The notes under the pieces: generated by a model
Databases searched by the model: none
What the model was told of the DNA's origin: nothing
Seen by the model: the letters and a program-made list of their open reading frames with translations, nothing else
Program-made: the position numbers and the translations under genes
From: a virus
Lineage: Duplodnaviria > Caudoviricetes
Direction: 5' to 3' (one strand)
Length of the DNA: 56,468 nucleotides
Virus record (IMG/VR): IMGVR_UViG_3300020282_000004
Location: 1-56,468 of that record
Shown here: positions 43,649 through 53,215 of the stretch, piece by piece
Numbering within the stretch: the stretch's first letter is position 1
How the letters are laid out: each line of letters starts with the position of its first letter

Positions 43649-43971
43649 ATAATAAAGTAACGCCTATAGGGTGGGGAAGAACTCTGCTAGGCGCAAAAGA
43701 TGCGTGGAAAGGTATAATGACTATAAAGAACTCTCCACTACGTAACCTACCACCACAGTTAGGACTGATGGTGTTTTCAATATTAGCTATAATGTGGAGT
43801 GGTATCTTTGCAGCTATAATAAATAACCCATACGCATTTGGTATATCTGCAGGGGGACATTTAATAGTAATCTTTGGTATCTTTATTACAGCTATAGTGT
43901 ATGATAGTGCAGAGAAGTATAGTGCGCCACAAAACTACAACTCACGTGGTATGGGAGGTGAACACGAATGA
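43645..43971 (+). CDS. two-TM membrane protein
   Basis: WKGIM..KNSPLRNLP...LAIMWSGIF...GHLIVIFGIFIT. Confidence 0.65.
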   Translation: MNNKVTPIGWGRTLLGAKDAWKGIMTIKNSPLRNLPPQLGLMVFSILAIMWSGIFAAIINNPYAFGISAGGHLIVIFGIFITAIVYDSAEKYSAPQNYNSRGMGGEHE

Positions 43972-44381
43972 AGTTTTTAAGACAGATGGCCGATGCAGGA
44001 TTTAGTCATTGGCTAATTAGAATACCTTTGATGGTTGTGTTCTTTCAGCAGGGCATGGATAAGATGCCTGTTACTGTGGAGGGCGCAGAGTCTTGGGATT
44101 TACCCTACCTAGTTTGGTGGATCGTAGCCTATGGTGAAGTAGGTGCTGCGCTGGGCATACTAGTTGGTGGTATTCTAAACTTAGATATAATGAAGTCTTG
44201 GATGAAGACTCTAGGGGACATGCTAACACGATTCTCTGGTATAACTATTTGTTGTATTATGACTGGTGTCATTTGGATAGGACAACCAGAAAGTGTTTGG
44301 GATGTTTTATTGTATGACAACCTTCATGTCATGTTGTATTTTGGAGGACTATTTTTTGCGTTGAGAGGAAACAGAACATGA
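43968..44381 (+). CDS. DoxX family membrane protein
   Basis: WLIRIPL.VVFFQQG.DK, VAYGEV.A.LGILVG, LTRFSG; four TM segments. Confidence 0.75.
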   Translation: MKFLRQMADAGFSHWLIRIPLMVVFFQQGMDKMPVTVEGAESWDLPYLVWWIVAYGEVGAALGILVGGILNLDIMKSWMKTLGDMLTRFSGITICCIMTGVIWIGQPESVWDVLLYDNLHVMLYFGGLFFALRGNRT

Positions 44382-46276
44382 GCAATTTATTACCAACAGA
44401 CTATCAATCATTTATACACCAATCACGCTATGCCAAGTACATTGATGGCAAAGGCCGTGAGTCATGGGCTGAGACAGTAGGACGCTACGTTGACAACGTG
44501 GTACGTCCGAAGCTAGGCAACGACTCCTGGGTAAATCAGATAGAGCAAGCCATACTTAACTTAGATGTTATGCCAAGCATGAGAGCTATGATGACTAGTG
44601 GTGCTGCGTTGGACAGGGATAACACAGCAGGGTACAACTGTAGCTATCTGCCAGTCGATGACCCTAAGTCTTTCGATGAAGCTATGTTCATACTACTGTG
44701 TGGTACTGGTGTTGGCTTCAGTGTGGAGCGTCAGTTCATTCAGCAGCTACCAGAAGTGCCTGAACTATTTGACAGCGAGACTACTGTGGTTGTCAGGGAC
44801 AGCAAGGAGGGCTGGGCTAAAGCGTACAGACAGATACTTGCACTACTCTGGGCAGGTGAGATACCTAAGTGGAACGTGTCACGTGTGCGTCCACAAGGAG
44901 CTAGACTCAAGACGTTTGGTGGCAGAGCCAGTGGTCCTGCACCTCTTGTTGAGTTGTTCAACTTTACTGTACAAACATTCAAGAATGCACAAGGACGCAA
45001 ACTATCCTCTATGGAGTGCCATGACTTGATGTGTTTCATTGGTCAGATAGTTGTGTCTGGTGGTGTAAGACGTAGTGCTATGATCTCTCTGTCTAACCTT
45101 AGTGATGACCGTATGCGTCACGCTAAGTCAGGGCAGTGGTGGGAAACAGCAGCACACAGGGCGTTGGCTAACAACAGTGTGTCCTACACAGAGAAGCCAG
45201 ACATCGAAACATTCATGCGTGAGTGGACTGCCTTGATAGAAAGTAAGTCAGGAGAGAGAGGTATATTTAATCGTGAAGCATCTAAGAAACAGGCTGCGAA
45301 GTATGGTAGGCGTGATCCTAACCACGAGTTCGGGACTAATCCATGCAGTGAAATCATACTTAGACCCTACCAGTTTTGTAATCTTACGGAGGTTGTTGTT
45401 CGTGCCACTGATACGATTAAAGACCTGGAGCGTAAAGTCAAACTCGCCACAATACTTGGGACAATCCAAAGCTCGTACACAAAGTTTCCGTACCTGCGAA
45501 AAGTGTGGCAACGTAATACGGAAGAAGAGCGTCTGCTTGGTGTGTCTCTGACAGGTATCATGGACAACCAACTAATGACTACAGAAAACCACAAACTTGC
45601 AGGAGTGCTAGATGGATTACGAAATGTCGCAGTGGATACTAATGCTGAATACGCTGCTCTGCTTGATATACCTGCTTCTGCTGCTATTACCTGCGTCAAA
45701 CCTTCGGGTACTGTCTCGCAGTTGGTGGACAGTGCCAGTGGTATACATGCTCGTCACTCTCCATATTACATCCGTACTGTACGAGGTGATAATAAAGATC
45801 CCCTTACACAGTTTATGATAGACAAGGGAGTACCTAACGAGCCGTGTGTATTCAAAGCAGACACTACAACTGTGTTTAGCTTTCCAGTACAATCACCTCC
45901 GATGGCTATGACACGTGACGATATGACTGCTATTGATCAGCTAGAGACTTGGCTTATGTACCAACGCTACTGGTGTGAGCATAAACCAAGCGTAACAATT
46001 TCAGTACGAGATGACGAGTGGCTTGATGTGGGAGCATTCGTTTACAAACACTTTGACGAGATGTCAGGTGTTTCATTCTTACCACACTCAGACCATACTT
46101 ATCAGCAAGCTCCTTATCAAGATTGCAGCAAGGAAGAGTATGAAGATTTACTCAAGACTATGCCAAAAAAGATTGACTGGAACAGTCTTTCAGAGTATGA
46201 ACAAGAAGACAACACGAAATCGAGTCAGACATTTGCTTGCTCTGGTGACGTGTGTGAGGTAGTGGATATAACATAG
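44378..46276 (+). CDS. nrdJ: class II (adenosylcobalamin-dependent) ribonucleotide reductase
   Basis: PSMRA, YNC, GTGVG, GGVRRSA, TNPCSEI, CNL, VKPSGTVS, C-terminal C.G..C; no beta-subunit gene. Confidence 0.92.
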   Translation: MSNLLPTDYQSFIHQSRYAKYIDGKGRESWAETVGRYVDNVVRPKLGNDSWVNQIEQAILNLDVMPSMRAMMTSGAALDRDNTAGYNCSYLPVDDPKSFDEAMFILLCGTGVGFSVERQFIQQLPEVPELFDSETTVVVRDSKEGWAKAYRQILALLWAGEIPKWNVSRVRPQGARLKTFGGRASGPAPLVELFNFTVQTFKNAQGRKLSSMECHDLMCFIGQIVVSGGVRRSAMISLSNLSDDRMRHAKSGQWWETAAHRALANNSVSYTEKPDIETFMREWTALIESKSGERGIFNREASKKQAAKYGRRDPNHEFGTNPCSEIILRPYQFCNLTEVVVRATDTIKDLERKVKLATILGTIQSSYTKFPYLRKVWQRNTEEERLLGVSLTGIMDNQLMTTENHKLAGVLDGLRNVAVDTNAEYAALLDIPASAAITCVKPSGTVSQLVDSASGIHARHSPYYIRTVRGDNKDPLTQFMIDKGVPNEPCVFKADTTTVFSFPVQSPPMAMTRDDMTAIDQLETWLMYQRYWCEHKPSVTISVRDDEWLDVGAFVYKHFDEMSGVSFLPHSDHTYQQAPYQDCSKEEYEDLLKTMPKKIDWNSLSEYEQEDNTKSSQTFACSGDVCEVVDIT

Positions 46277-46290
46277 TAAAGGAATAAGAT

Positions 46291-46491
46291 ATGACACCCT
46301 GGATTTTAATAGCTCTATTTATCTTTGACAATAAGCCAATGGTTATGAGCGATAATATTCTATATCACACAGAAGAGCAGTGTAAAGAAGCAGCACAAGC
46401 ACGTAGAGACATACTAGAAGCTACAAAACCTAAGTACGATTTTAAGGCAGACTACTGGGTATGGTGCAGTCAGATGCCACAGGAGGTATAG
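46291..46491 (+). CDS. small exported protein ([FY]xTxExC type)
   Basis: MTPWILIALFIF..., YHTEEQC, WC near the C-terminus. Confidence 0.55.
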   Translation: MTPWILIALFIFDNKPMVMSDNILYHTEEQCKEAAQARRDILEATKPKYDFKADYWVWCSQMPQEV

Positions 46492-46492
46492 A

Positions 46493-47065
46493 ATGGCTTG
46501 TTGTGATCATTGTAATGTAGAGTTAGTTGCAGGATACAAAGGTGCAGGTAACTGGAATCCAACTTATGCAAAAATTCCCTGGAAAATATGTAAGCCTTGT
46601 TACAATAATAAATACTTGAATGGCTCTAAGGGATGGAATTTAAAAAATAATCCTAAGAGAATGTACGTGAATGGTAAGTACATACCAAAGTCACACCCAC
46701 TTTATAAGCCTGGGAAATACAAAACTTTTAGTGATGCAGCCTTTGATGGTACATATAAGTTAGAATCTATTAAAGAGGGGTACGTGTATGCCATAACTAA
46801 TCCTGCTTGGCCTGAGTGGGTCAAGATAGGAATGGCTATAGATGCTGACGATAGGTGTAATGGTTATCAGACTAGTAGCCCTTTTAGAGACTACAAAGTA
46901 GAACACGTAGTTGCGACAAAAAACAGACGTGCTGCTGAAGCAGAGGCACACAAGTTAGCAACTAAAGTAGCAGTAGAAACAAGAGGGGAATGGTTTAGGT
47001 TAGATATAGAACAAGCTCAAACTATACTAAATAACATAACCACAGATTTAGAAAAGACAGGCTAA
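46493..47065 (+). CDS. GIY-YIG-like (T5orf172/MUG113) nuclease with N-terminal Zn finger
   Basis: CDHC...CKPC; GYVYAI.NPAWP.WVKIG...R...YQTSSP...E...H...GEWF. Confidence 0.75.
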   Translation: MACCDHCNVELVAGYKGAGNWNPTYAKIPWKICKPCYNNKYLNGSKGWNLKNNPKRMYVNGKYIPKSHPLYKPGKYKTFSDAAFDGTYKLESIKEGYVYAITNPAWPEWVKIGMAIDADDRCNGYQTSSPFRDYKVEHVVATKNRRAAEAEAHKLATKVAVETRGEWFRLDIEQAQTILNNITTDLEKTG

Positions 47066-47259
47066 TGGATTTGGAACTTGAGGCAAAAGCATTTATGGAA
47101 TCAAAGCGTAGAGGAAAAATAATCTGCCCTAAGTGTGACACCGAAATGATACAAGGTGGGGATCACGATGCAGAGATAGAGGATGATCCAAACGATTTTA
47201 TATGTAGCAACTTTAGTTGCAATACTTGTGATACATTCTTACTGTTATACTGGAGATAA
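47065..47259 (+). CDS. zinc-ribbon protein
   Basis: CPKC.TEMIQGGDHD...SNFSC..C. Confidence 0.6.
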   Translation: MDLELEAKAFMESKRRGKIICPKCDTEMIQGGDHDAEIEDDPNDFICSNFSCNTCDTFLLLYWR

Positions 47260-47282
47260 AAAAAGGGCCGCTAAATGCGGCC
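47258..47282 (-). terminator. intrinsic terminator at the convergence of the two arms
   Basis: GGCCGC-ATTTA-GCGGCC, then C and T7 on the - strand; may be bidirectional. Confidence 0.75.
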
Positions 47283-50200
47283 TACTTCTTCTTCTGCATC
47301 CTTTATATATTCTGCGTATCGCATAAACAATTCAAGCTCTCTAAAGTTAAGATCCTCTAGTCTTCCAGTAACACCATAGTCTCGCCTTAACATTTGAAGT
47401 GCTTGTCTCCTAGTCTCTTTACTAAAGCGTCTGGTTGCTAGGGCTGCTTTGTTTAACACACGTCCCTCATAACCGCTATATCCTCTGTCCATACTCTCTC
47501 TTACTCTAGACTTGACATCAGATATTCTTTTCTTGAGCATACCACGTTTAGTCTTTATGTCTGCTTTCTGGAATCTAGGATCGTCTAACAACTGTTGCGT
47601 ATATGTTTCCAGCATCGGTGCTAGCATACCATTAAAGATTTTATCATAGGCAGGTATGTTAGTTCTTTCGCTAGCTTTCCAGTCAGCCATGTCAGCCATT
47701 GAGTATACTGTTTCTGTAGCTGTCTTGCTAGGCTGTATTGTAAGACCAAACATTCTTGCAAAAGGATTTACGTCATAGACCTCTCCTTGTCTAGTAGCTA
47801 CAGACAACTCCTCACCTGTTATAGCATCCGTCTTATCAACAAACGCTTCTAATATATTGTCTATGTACTTGGTAGCAGTCTGTGTGAATGTATTAATACC
47901 ATCTGCTTGACGTACATCCTTTGCTGTGTCTGTGCCTGTTGCAAAACCTACAGCTTTGTTTAGTACATCTAGGGGTCTGGTAAACCCTGCTGCAAAGTTT
48001 CCTGTAACTTTATATAGACCATCTATAGCTGCTGCTCTCTTGTCTATGTCTACGTTAGTTAACACATCTAGTGCATTATTTATATCGTTAGCAAACTGTG
48101 TATCACGTGCAAGCTGACCAACAGCTAACTGTGTACCTATCTCTCTTTGTAAATCTGCTGAGACTTGCTCACCATTTCTCATAGTGTTTAGTACCCTACC
48201 TGCAGCAAGCCATAGAGAGAATGGATATGTGTTCTTGGCATCTACAATAGTGCCACCACCTACATCCACCTCATACACATCTAACCCTTGTTCTCTTCTT
48301 TCTTCATCAAATTGCATAGACAGAAACAAAGCTGTATTACCTACAGCATAACGAGCAAAGGCATCCAATTCTGTTGCTTCAGGTTCTTTCTTATACAAGA
48401 TTCTAGCAAACCTAAAAAAGTTTTCTGGTGTAGACAAGAATGACCACTGATAAGCTGTAGCTACAACATTGTTAAAGAACCTACCAAAAGGCAAAAGTGT
48501 ACCGAAGCCTGGGGTATTAGAAAATGTTTCAGCCATTTTAGCAGCAGTCCTAAGTAGCTCTGGCTGCTCTGTATTTGTGTAGTCTTTTGAATATACAGAC
48601 TTGAGTGTACCATCAAGCGCACCTTGGATAACTTCTAGTTCAGGCTCATCTCCTGCTATTATAGATTCCCTTAAAGTTTTACCTTTATTGATACGCATGT
48701 ATTTATCCATCTCAGTCATAAACATCTGAGACTTAGTAAAGCTATCCTGTATACGTACACCAGATATATTGCTTGCTGCGTTAGCACCAGCTTCTATATT
48801 TCTAAATATTTTACTTTCAGGATTTATGCCAAATCTATCTGCTTGAACTTCCACACCACCAGACATAGTTTCAAATAGTTTCTTACGTGTTGCTTCATTG
48901 TTAGCCTCTGATAAGAATCTCATGTATGAATCATGTGTAGTGTATGGATCTAATAAGTTTCTAAGCTTCTGTGATTGTATCTGTGTGTATGCACGTGCTT
49001 GTCTAAATGTTTCTCTAGCAGCAGCAGTATCATATGTTGACTGACTCAAAGCTTTGAAACTTAGCATACCGAAGTTGAACAAGTCAGCCATAGACTGGCC
49101 CACATAGTACTGAGCAAAGCCAGCCACGTTAATCATGGTAGTGGCAGGGGATGAAACAAGTAGACGCTTCCACACAGACTGTCCATACTTCAAAGGCTGT
49201 GACTTATCCATATTGTCTACCTCTTTGGTAGCCTCTGCTATGTCCTCCTCTAAAGTTTTTCTAGTCTTTGAACCAGCAGCTACAATACCATTGTTAACAA
49301 TATTTTTTGCTTGTGACAATACATTAAGTACTTTAGCTCCTTCACTAGCACTTTTAGCTACTAAATCTCTTAGGTTAATAAGCTTGGTGTCTGCCATTTC
49401 ACCTAGTGTCAAAGATGTGTATCTACCCATAGCTTTATTTATGCTTGCAAGATCCTCTTCGGGTAAAAATCTAACGACATTTGTTAGGACATCTGCTGTA
49501 AGTTTATTAGAGTGTATCTTCATACCCCTATCATGCATAAGCTTTGCTAGTCCACCCTTACCATCTGCCCCTAGTACTATGTTTTTAAACAAATCGGATG
49601 GCATATTAGCTTCATCCAGTTTTAATCCTCTGTCTACCTTTGTGTTCCAATCTTCAACGTCTTTTAGAATTTGCTTAGTAACTTTTTTGCCATCTGTCCT
49701 GGATAGTATTGGTGAATTGTTTTTTATAACTGAATTAGCAACATCATCTAGTGTAGTCTCTGGCTCATCTAGTCCTGACACTCCACGAAACTTTCCAAAG
49801 CCTAGCTGTGCTGCACCTGCTACACCACCTAACAAAGAAGAGAACGCTGTTTGTGTTTTACTAAACTGTTCCTGCGCCCCAGCTTCCATCAAAGTATTCT
49901 GTGCCAGTCCATCTTGTAGCATAGCAAACCCTGCATCTGCTACTAGCGTTTGCTTTACAGCCTTTCTACCTGCTGTTTCAAATAACTGTCTTTGCTGATC
50001 TCTCATAGCATCAGTTATAAGAGTTCTACGTCCTTCTTTGGTAACCTGTTGACTAACTTTTTCTGCTGCTTTCTTTGATTGATTCTTAGATAGCCCAGCC
50101 TTGGCTGCTCTTCTAGCCGCCTCTAGTCCAGCCTTTTCTGCAGCCTTTTTAATTTGTGCAGATGTTGCGCCCTGTCTAGCTGCTTCTAGTCCTGCTTTCT

Positions 50201-50723
50201 TTACGGACTCTTGTATAAACTTTTTACCTGCTAGTGTGTATCCACCAGCAAGAAACCTACCAAGACCACCAGTAATTAAACCCACATAGTTTGTTGGGTC
50301 TTTAGCAGCAGCAAATATGTAATCCTTTACACCGTCAACAGCACCCATAGCTCCGTCATTCTGAAAGACGTTACCTAGCTGTTCATATATTTGATAAGCT
50401 TTACTTGCTCTGTCTTTAGTTCCTTGGTCTGCCTTATTTATAAATCTAAGCTCACCTGTCGTACTAACCGAGTTAGCATTGAAGTATCTCATGTGCTGTA
50501 CAAAATCTTCTATTACTTCTTCGGCATCTTTGTTTCTATAGCCAACTCCTTTACGATCTATCATGTAAGAACGTATGGGAGTTAGATACTCATACTTCAT
50601 AAGATCGTCTTTTTTAAGAGTAGTATTTTTGTCTATATAAAAGTCCTCTTGCCTGTCAGCACTAACAGTAGAACCGCCAAACAGTTCTTCCATTGTCCTT
50701 TTATTTTCTAGGTAACTTGGCAT
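47271..50723 (-). CDS. large internal virion (ejection) protein
   Basis: 1150 aa, helical, last gene of the late arm; position typical of podovirus ejection proteins. Confidence 0.65.
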   Translation of the reverse strand: MPSYLENKRTMEELFGGSTVSADRQEDFYIDKNTTLKKDDLMKYEYLTPIRSYMIDRKGVGYRNKDAEEVIEDFVQHMRYFNANSVSTTGELRFINKADQGTKDRASKAYQIYEQLGNVFQNDGAMGAVDGVKDYIFAAAKDPTNYVGLITGGLGRFLAGGYTLAGKKFIQESVKKAGLEAARQGATSAQIKKAAEKAGLEAARRAAKAGLSKNQSKKAAEKVSQQVTKEGRRTLITDAMRDQQRQLFETAGRKAVKQTLVADAGFAMLQDGLAQNTLMEAGAQEQFSKTQTAFSSLLGGVAGAAQLGFGKFRGVSGLDEPETTLDDVANSVIKNNSPILSRTDGKKVTKQILKDVEDWNTKVDRGLKLDEANMPSDLFKNIVLGADGKGGLAKLMHDRGMKIHSNKLTADVLTNVVRFLPEEDLASINKAMGRYTSLTLGEMADTKLINLRDLVAKSASEGAKVLNVLSQAKNIVNNGIVAAGSKTRKTLEEDIAEATKEVDNMDKSQPLKYGQSVWKRLLVSSPATTMINVAGFAQYYVGQSMADLFNFGMLSFKALSQSTYDTAAARETFRQARAYTQIQSQKLRNLLDPYTTHDSYMRFLSEANNEATRKKLFETMSGGVEVQADRFGINPESKIFRNIEAGANAASNISGVRIQDSFTKSQMFMTEMDKYMRINKGKTLRESIIAGDEPELEVIQGALDGTLKSVYSKDYTNTEQPELLRTAAKMAETFSNTPGFGTLLPFGRFFNNVVATAYQWSFLSTPENFFRFARILYKKEPEATELDAFARYAVGNTALFLSMQFDEERREQGLDVYEVDVGGGTIVDAKNTYPFSLWLAAGRVLNTMRNGEQVSADLQREIGTQLAVGQLARDTQFANDINNALDVLTNVDIDKRAAAIDGLYKVTGNFAAGFTRPLDVLNKAVGFATGTDTAKDVRQADGINTFTQTATKYIDNILEAFVDKTDAITGEELSVATRQGEVYDVNPFARMFGLTIQPSKTATETVYSMADMADWKASERTNIPAYDKIFNGMLAPMLETYTQQLLDDPRFQKADIKTKRGMLKKRISDVKSRVRESMDRGYSGYEGRVLNKAALATRRFSKETRRQALQMLRRDYGVTGRLEDLNFRELELFMRYAEYIKDAEEEVGRI

Positions 50724-50724
50724 A

Positions 50725-52212
50725 TTAGTCCTCTAAATCAGGTGTTCCATCAGGATTGTGTGTGTCTCCGTAGAGTACATCCCACTCTTCTTGCGCTGTA
50801 ACTTTTTTAGTTTTACCTGGTTGTCTAATACCAAACTGATTTACAGCCTCTACCTCTTTGTCTTTAGGTCCACCAGCAGCAGGTCTTGGTTCTACAATAA
50901 TCTTTTGACCTGTAATAGGATCTAGTTTACCTTTGTATTTTCTATCCCAAGCTTTTACTCCTCCAGCATCTAGGGCATCTTTTATCGTGCCTTTACTTTC
51001 TGGCCTTGGTATAGGAGTGAAGTCTGAATCTTCTGAAGGTATCGTTGTTTCTTTAGTTTTTGTATCGGACGTTTGCGTTTGGGTATCTTCCGTCTGTTCG
51101 ATGACACCTGCTTGTGTTCTTGCTTCGGCTTCATCCATTCCAGTTTTAATTGCTTCTGGGCTACCAAGGTTTTTCTCTCTATCAGATAATTCCTTTTCTG
51201 GTTGATTAAAACTTTTTATTAACTCTTCTTCTCCAGCCAAATACTCTTCACCCATAATTCTATTTATTATATCTACGGATGGTTGATGATTAAGCAGTCC
51301 AGTCTGACCATATTGATCCACAAGAGTTTGAATTACTGTTCTAGCTCTTTCTTGAATCAGAAACTCTTTAGCGTCTGCTTCCGCATCTATTATTGTTCTA
51401 CCCAATTCTTTTTGTCTTTTTGCAAAAGCCTCATCATACTTTTCACTTTTTGGATTGATCCTATCTGCAAACTCATTACCAGCACTTCTAATATAAGCTT
51501 CTGCTACCTTCCCAGTACCAGCTTCTATTTCTATCTCACTAATAGTTTTTAGGAAATCACCTGCTGTTGCTGGTCCATAAAAGTCTTTGTCAAAAAAGTT
51601 AACACCCAAGTTAGGAAATAAAGAATTATATTCTCCTTGTCTTGCAAGCTCATTTACATCAGCTATGGACATCTTACCCATAAACGTTCTGTCTTGTAGG
51701 TTTTTCTTTGCCTGACTCATAGCGTTTGTACCAAACATAGAAGCAAGTATATTGCCACTTGTTTCAACTTCGGCTGTTTCAGTTCCAGGCATTAAGGCAG
51801 CACCATATTGTATGTCAGCCATCTCTTGAAGACTCATGTCCACAAATTTAGGGTTCACTTCAAATATTTCTGGCATACCTATAATCTGTTCTACATCAGC
51901 AGGGCCAAGTGTTTTCATACCTGTTTGATTTACTGCAGCTAGTAGTTTATCATAGAAAGTTTTTATACCGAGCGCACCAGAACCCATAGCAGCCATGACT
52001 TGCTCCTTAGTAGCACCAAGTGCCATAGCTTTTTGAGCTAAAGATCCATACTCACCTGCTAAAAGTCTTCTCTTAGCTATCTCTCTTTTATTTTCTCTAG
52101 CTAGCTCTTCCTGCTCTTCTTCATACTCTTCGCCTCTCAGTCTTCTTTTTCTGATACCCTCTGTCTGCTTGTCCAGAAAGGCTGCTCCAAAAGCTTTCCA
52201 ATCAAATTCCAT
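50725..52212 (-). CDS. internal virion protein
   Basis: MEFDWKAFGAAFL N-terminus; 495 aa; duplicated WD..Y....P..G motif in the C-terminus. Confidence 0.6.
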   Translation of the reverse strand: MEFDWKAFGAAFLDKQTEGIRKRRLRGEEYEEEQEELARENKREIAKRRLLAGEYGSLAQKAMALGATKEQVMAAMGSGALGIKTFYDKLLAAVNQTGMKTLGPADVEQIIGMPEIFEVNPKFVDMSLQEMADIQYGAALMPGTETAEVETSGNILASMFGTNAMSQAKKNLQDRTFMGKMSIADVNELARQGEYNSLFPNLGVNFFDKDFYGPATAGDFLKTISEIEIEAGTGKVAEAYIRSAGNEFADRINPKSEKYDEAFAKRQKELGRTIIDAEADAKEFLIQERARTVIQTLVDQYGQTGLLNHQPSVDIINRIMGEEYLAGEEELIKSFNQPEKELSDREKNLGSPEAIKTGMDEAEARTQAGVIEQTEDTQTQTSDTKTKETTIPSEDSDFTPIPRPESKGTIKDALDAGGVKAWDRKYKGKLDPITGQKIIVEPRPAAGGPKDKEVEAVNQFGIRQPGKTKKVTAQEEWDVLYGDTHNPDGTPDLED

Positions 52213-52216
52213 ATTC

Positions 52217-52756
52217 TTAACCTTTCGCCATCAAGCCTTTAGGCTTCTCTTCTGGTATGTCCTCTGGTGTGTCTTCTTCCTCTGGTTGTTTTTCAACCAA
52301 CTCACTTAACATTCTCTTTCCTGGGTCTGTGCCATCATCAGGATTATCACTTAGGTATGAACCTACTATAGCTTGGAAACGTTGTAGCTCTCTTTCTTCA
52401 GCTTCTTTCTGATAGTCCTTACCATCATCCTTAACCTCTACTCCCATACTTGTAATGGCTTGTTTCAAGAACTCATGTATGACTGGCTTGACTAGCATAC
52501 CCACGTCCACTGAGTGAATACCACTCATAGTTGATGCACTTACAATAGTATTTACTATAGGCTTGAGGGACAGCCCTGCCTCACAACAAGCAGCAAGATC
52601 ATCTATAACATCTTGGTTAGCCATGCCCTCTATGTAATAAGCAACAGCATCCTCTACGCTAGAGATTTCTGCTGGCTGTTCCCAAGGATTATTCTTAGGT
52701 TCACCTGTCAAAGACTGGCCTGGAATTGGTTGATCAAATATAGCTATTGTCTTCAT
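52217..52756 (-). CDS. conserved virion-associated protein
   Basis: FDQPIPGQSLT.EP...PWEQP, GIHSVDV, C-terminal KPKGLMAK. Confidence 0.65.
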   Translation of the reverse strand: MKTIAIFDQPIPGQSLTGEPKNNPWEQPAEISSVEDAVAYYIEGMANQDVIDDLAACCEAGLSLKPIVNTIVSASTMSGIHSVDVGMLVKPVIHEFLKQAITSMGVEVKDDGKDYQKEAEERELQRFQAIVGSYLSDNPDDGTDPGKRMLSELVEKQPEEEDTPEDIPEEKPKGLMAKG

Positions 52757-52765
52757 TTTGTTATC

Positions 52766-53212
52766 CTACTTAGTAAATCCTGCACCAAAGTATAAGCCTA
52801 CAATAGCTGACACAATGTGTGTATCTAGTGGTGTTATTACAAATCCTTCAGCATACTGCCACTTGACTACCTCTTGGCCTGGCCCAAAGATAAAATCTAA
52901 GAAGCCTACCTGTATCTCAGTGTAGCCTACGTATACGCCTACTTCAGGGTAGAACACAGCAACCAGCTTTGGCAACACTATTATAGCAAAGACTGCAGAT
53001 AATGCAATAAGTCTTCTTGTCCATGCAAAGTGTTTATCGTTCTTTCCTGCGTTACGTGCGTCAGCTACAAAGCTTGCGTTTGCGTTGGCACGTTCCATGA
53101 GCATCTTGTTCTGCTCTTGTTTCATCTTCATGCTCTGCCCCCATATGGACATCACTCCACCTAGTACGGTAGAGCCAAGCATTGTTATTAGTTCTAGTGG
53201 TAGTCCAAACAT
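52766..53212 (-). CDS. membrane protein, holin candidate
   Basis: 2-3 hydrophobic segments, WTRRLIAL, AIVGLYFG; adjacent to the muralytic gene. Confidence 0.55.
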   Translation of the reverse strand: MFGLPLELITMLGSTVLGGVMSIWGQSMKMKQEQNKMLMERANANASFVADARNAGKNDKHFAWTRRLIALSAVFAIIVLPKLVAVFYPEVGVYVGYTEIQVGFLDFIFGPGQEVVKWQYAEGFVITPLDTHIVSAIVGLYFGAGFTK

Positions 53213-53215
53213 TAT

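Noticed and set aside
30146-46951. Many - strand and alternate-frame ORFs over the early/replication arm
   Set aside because: Shadows of primase, helicase, polA, nrdJ and others
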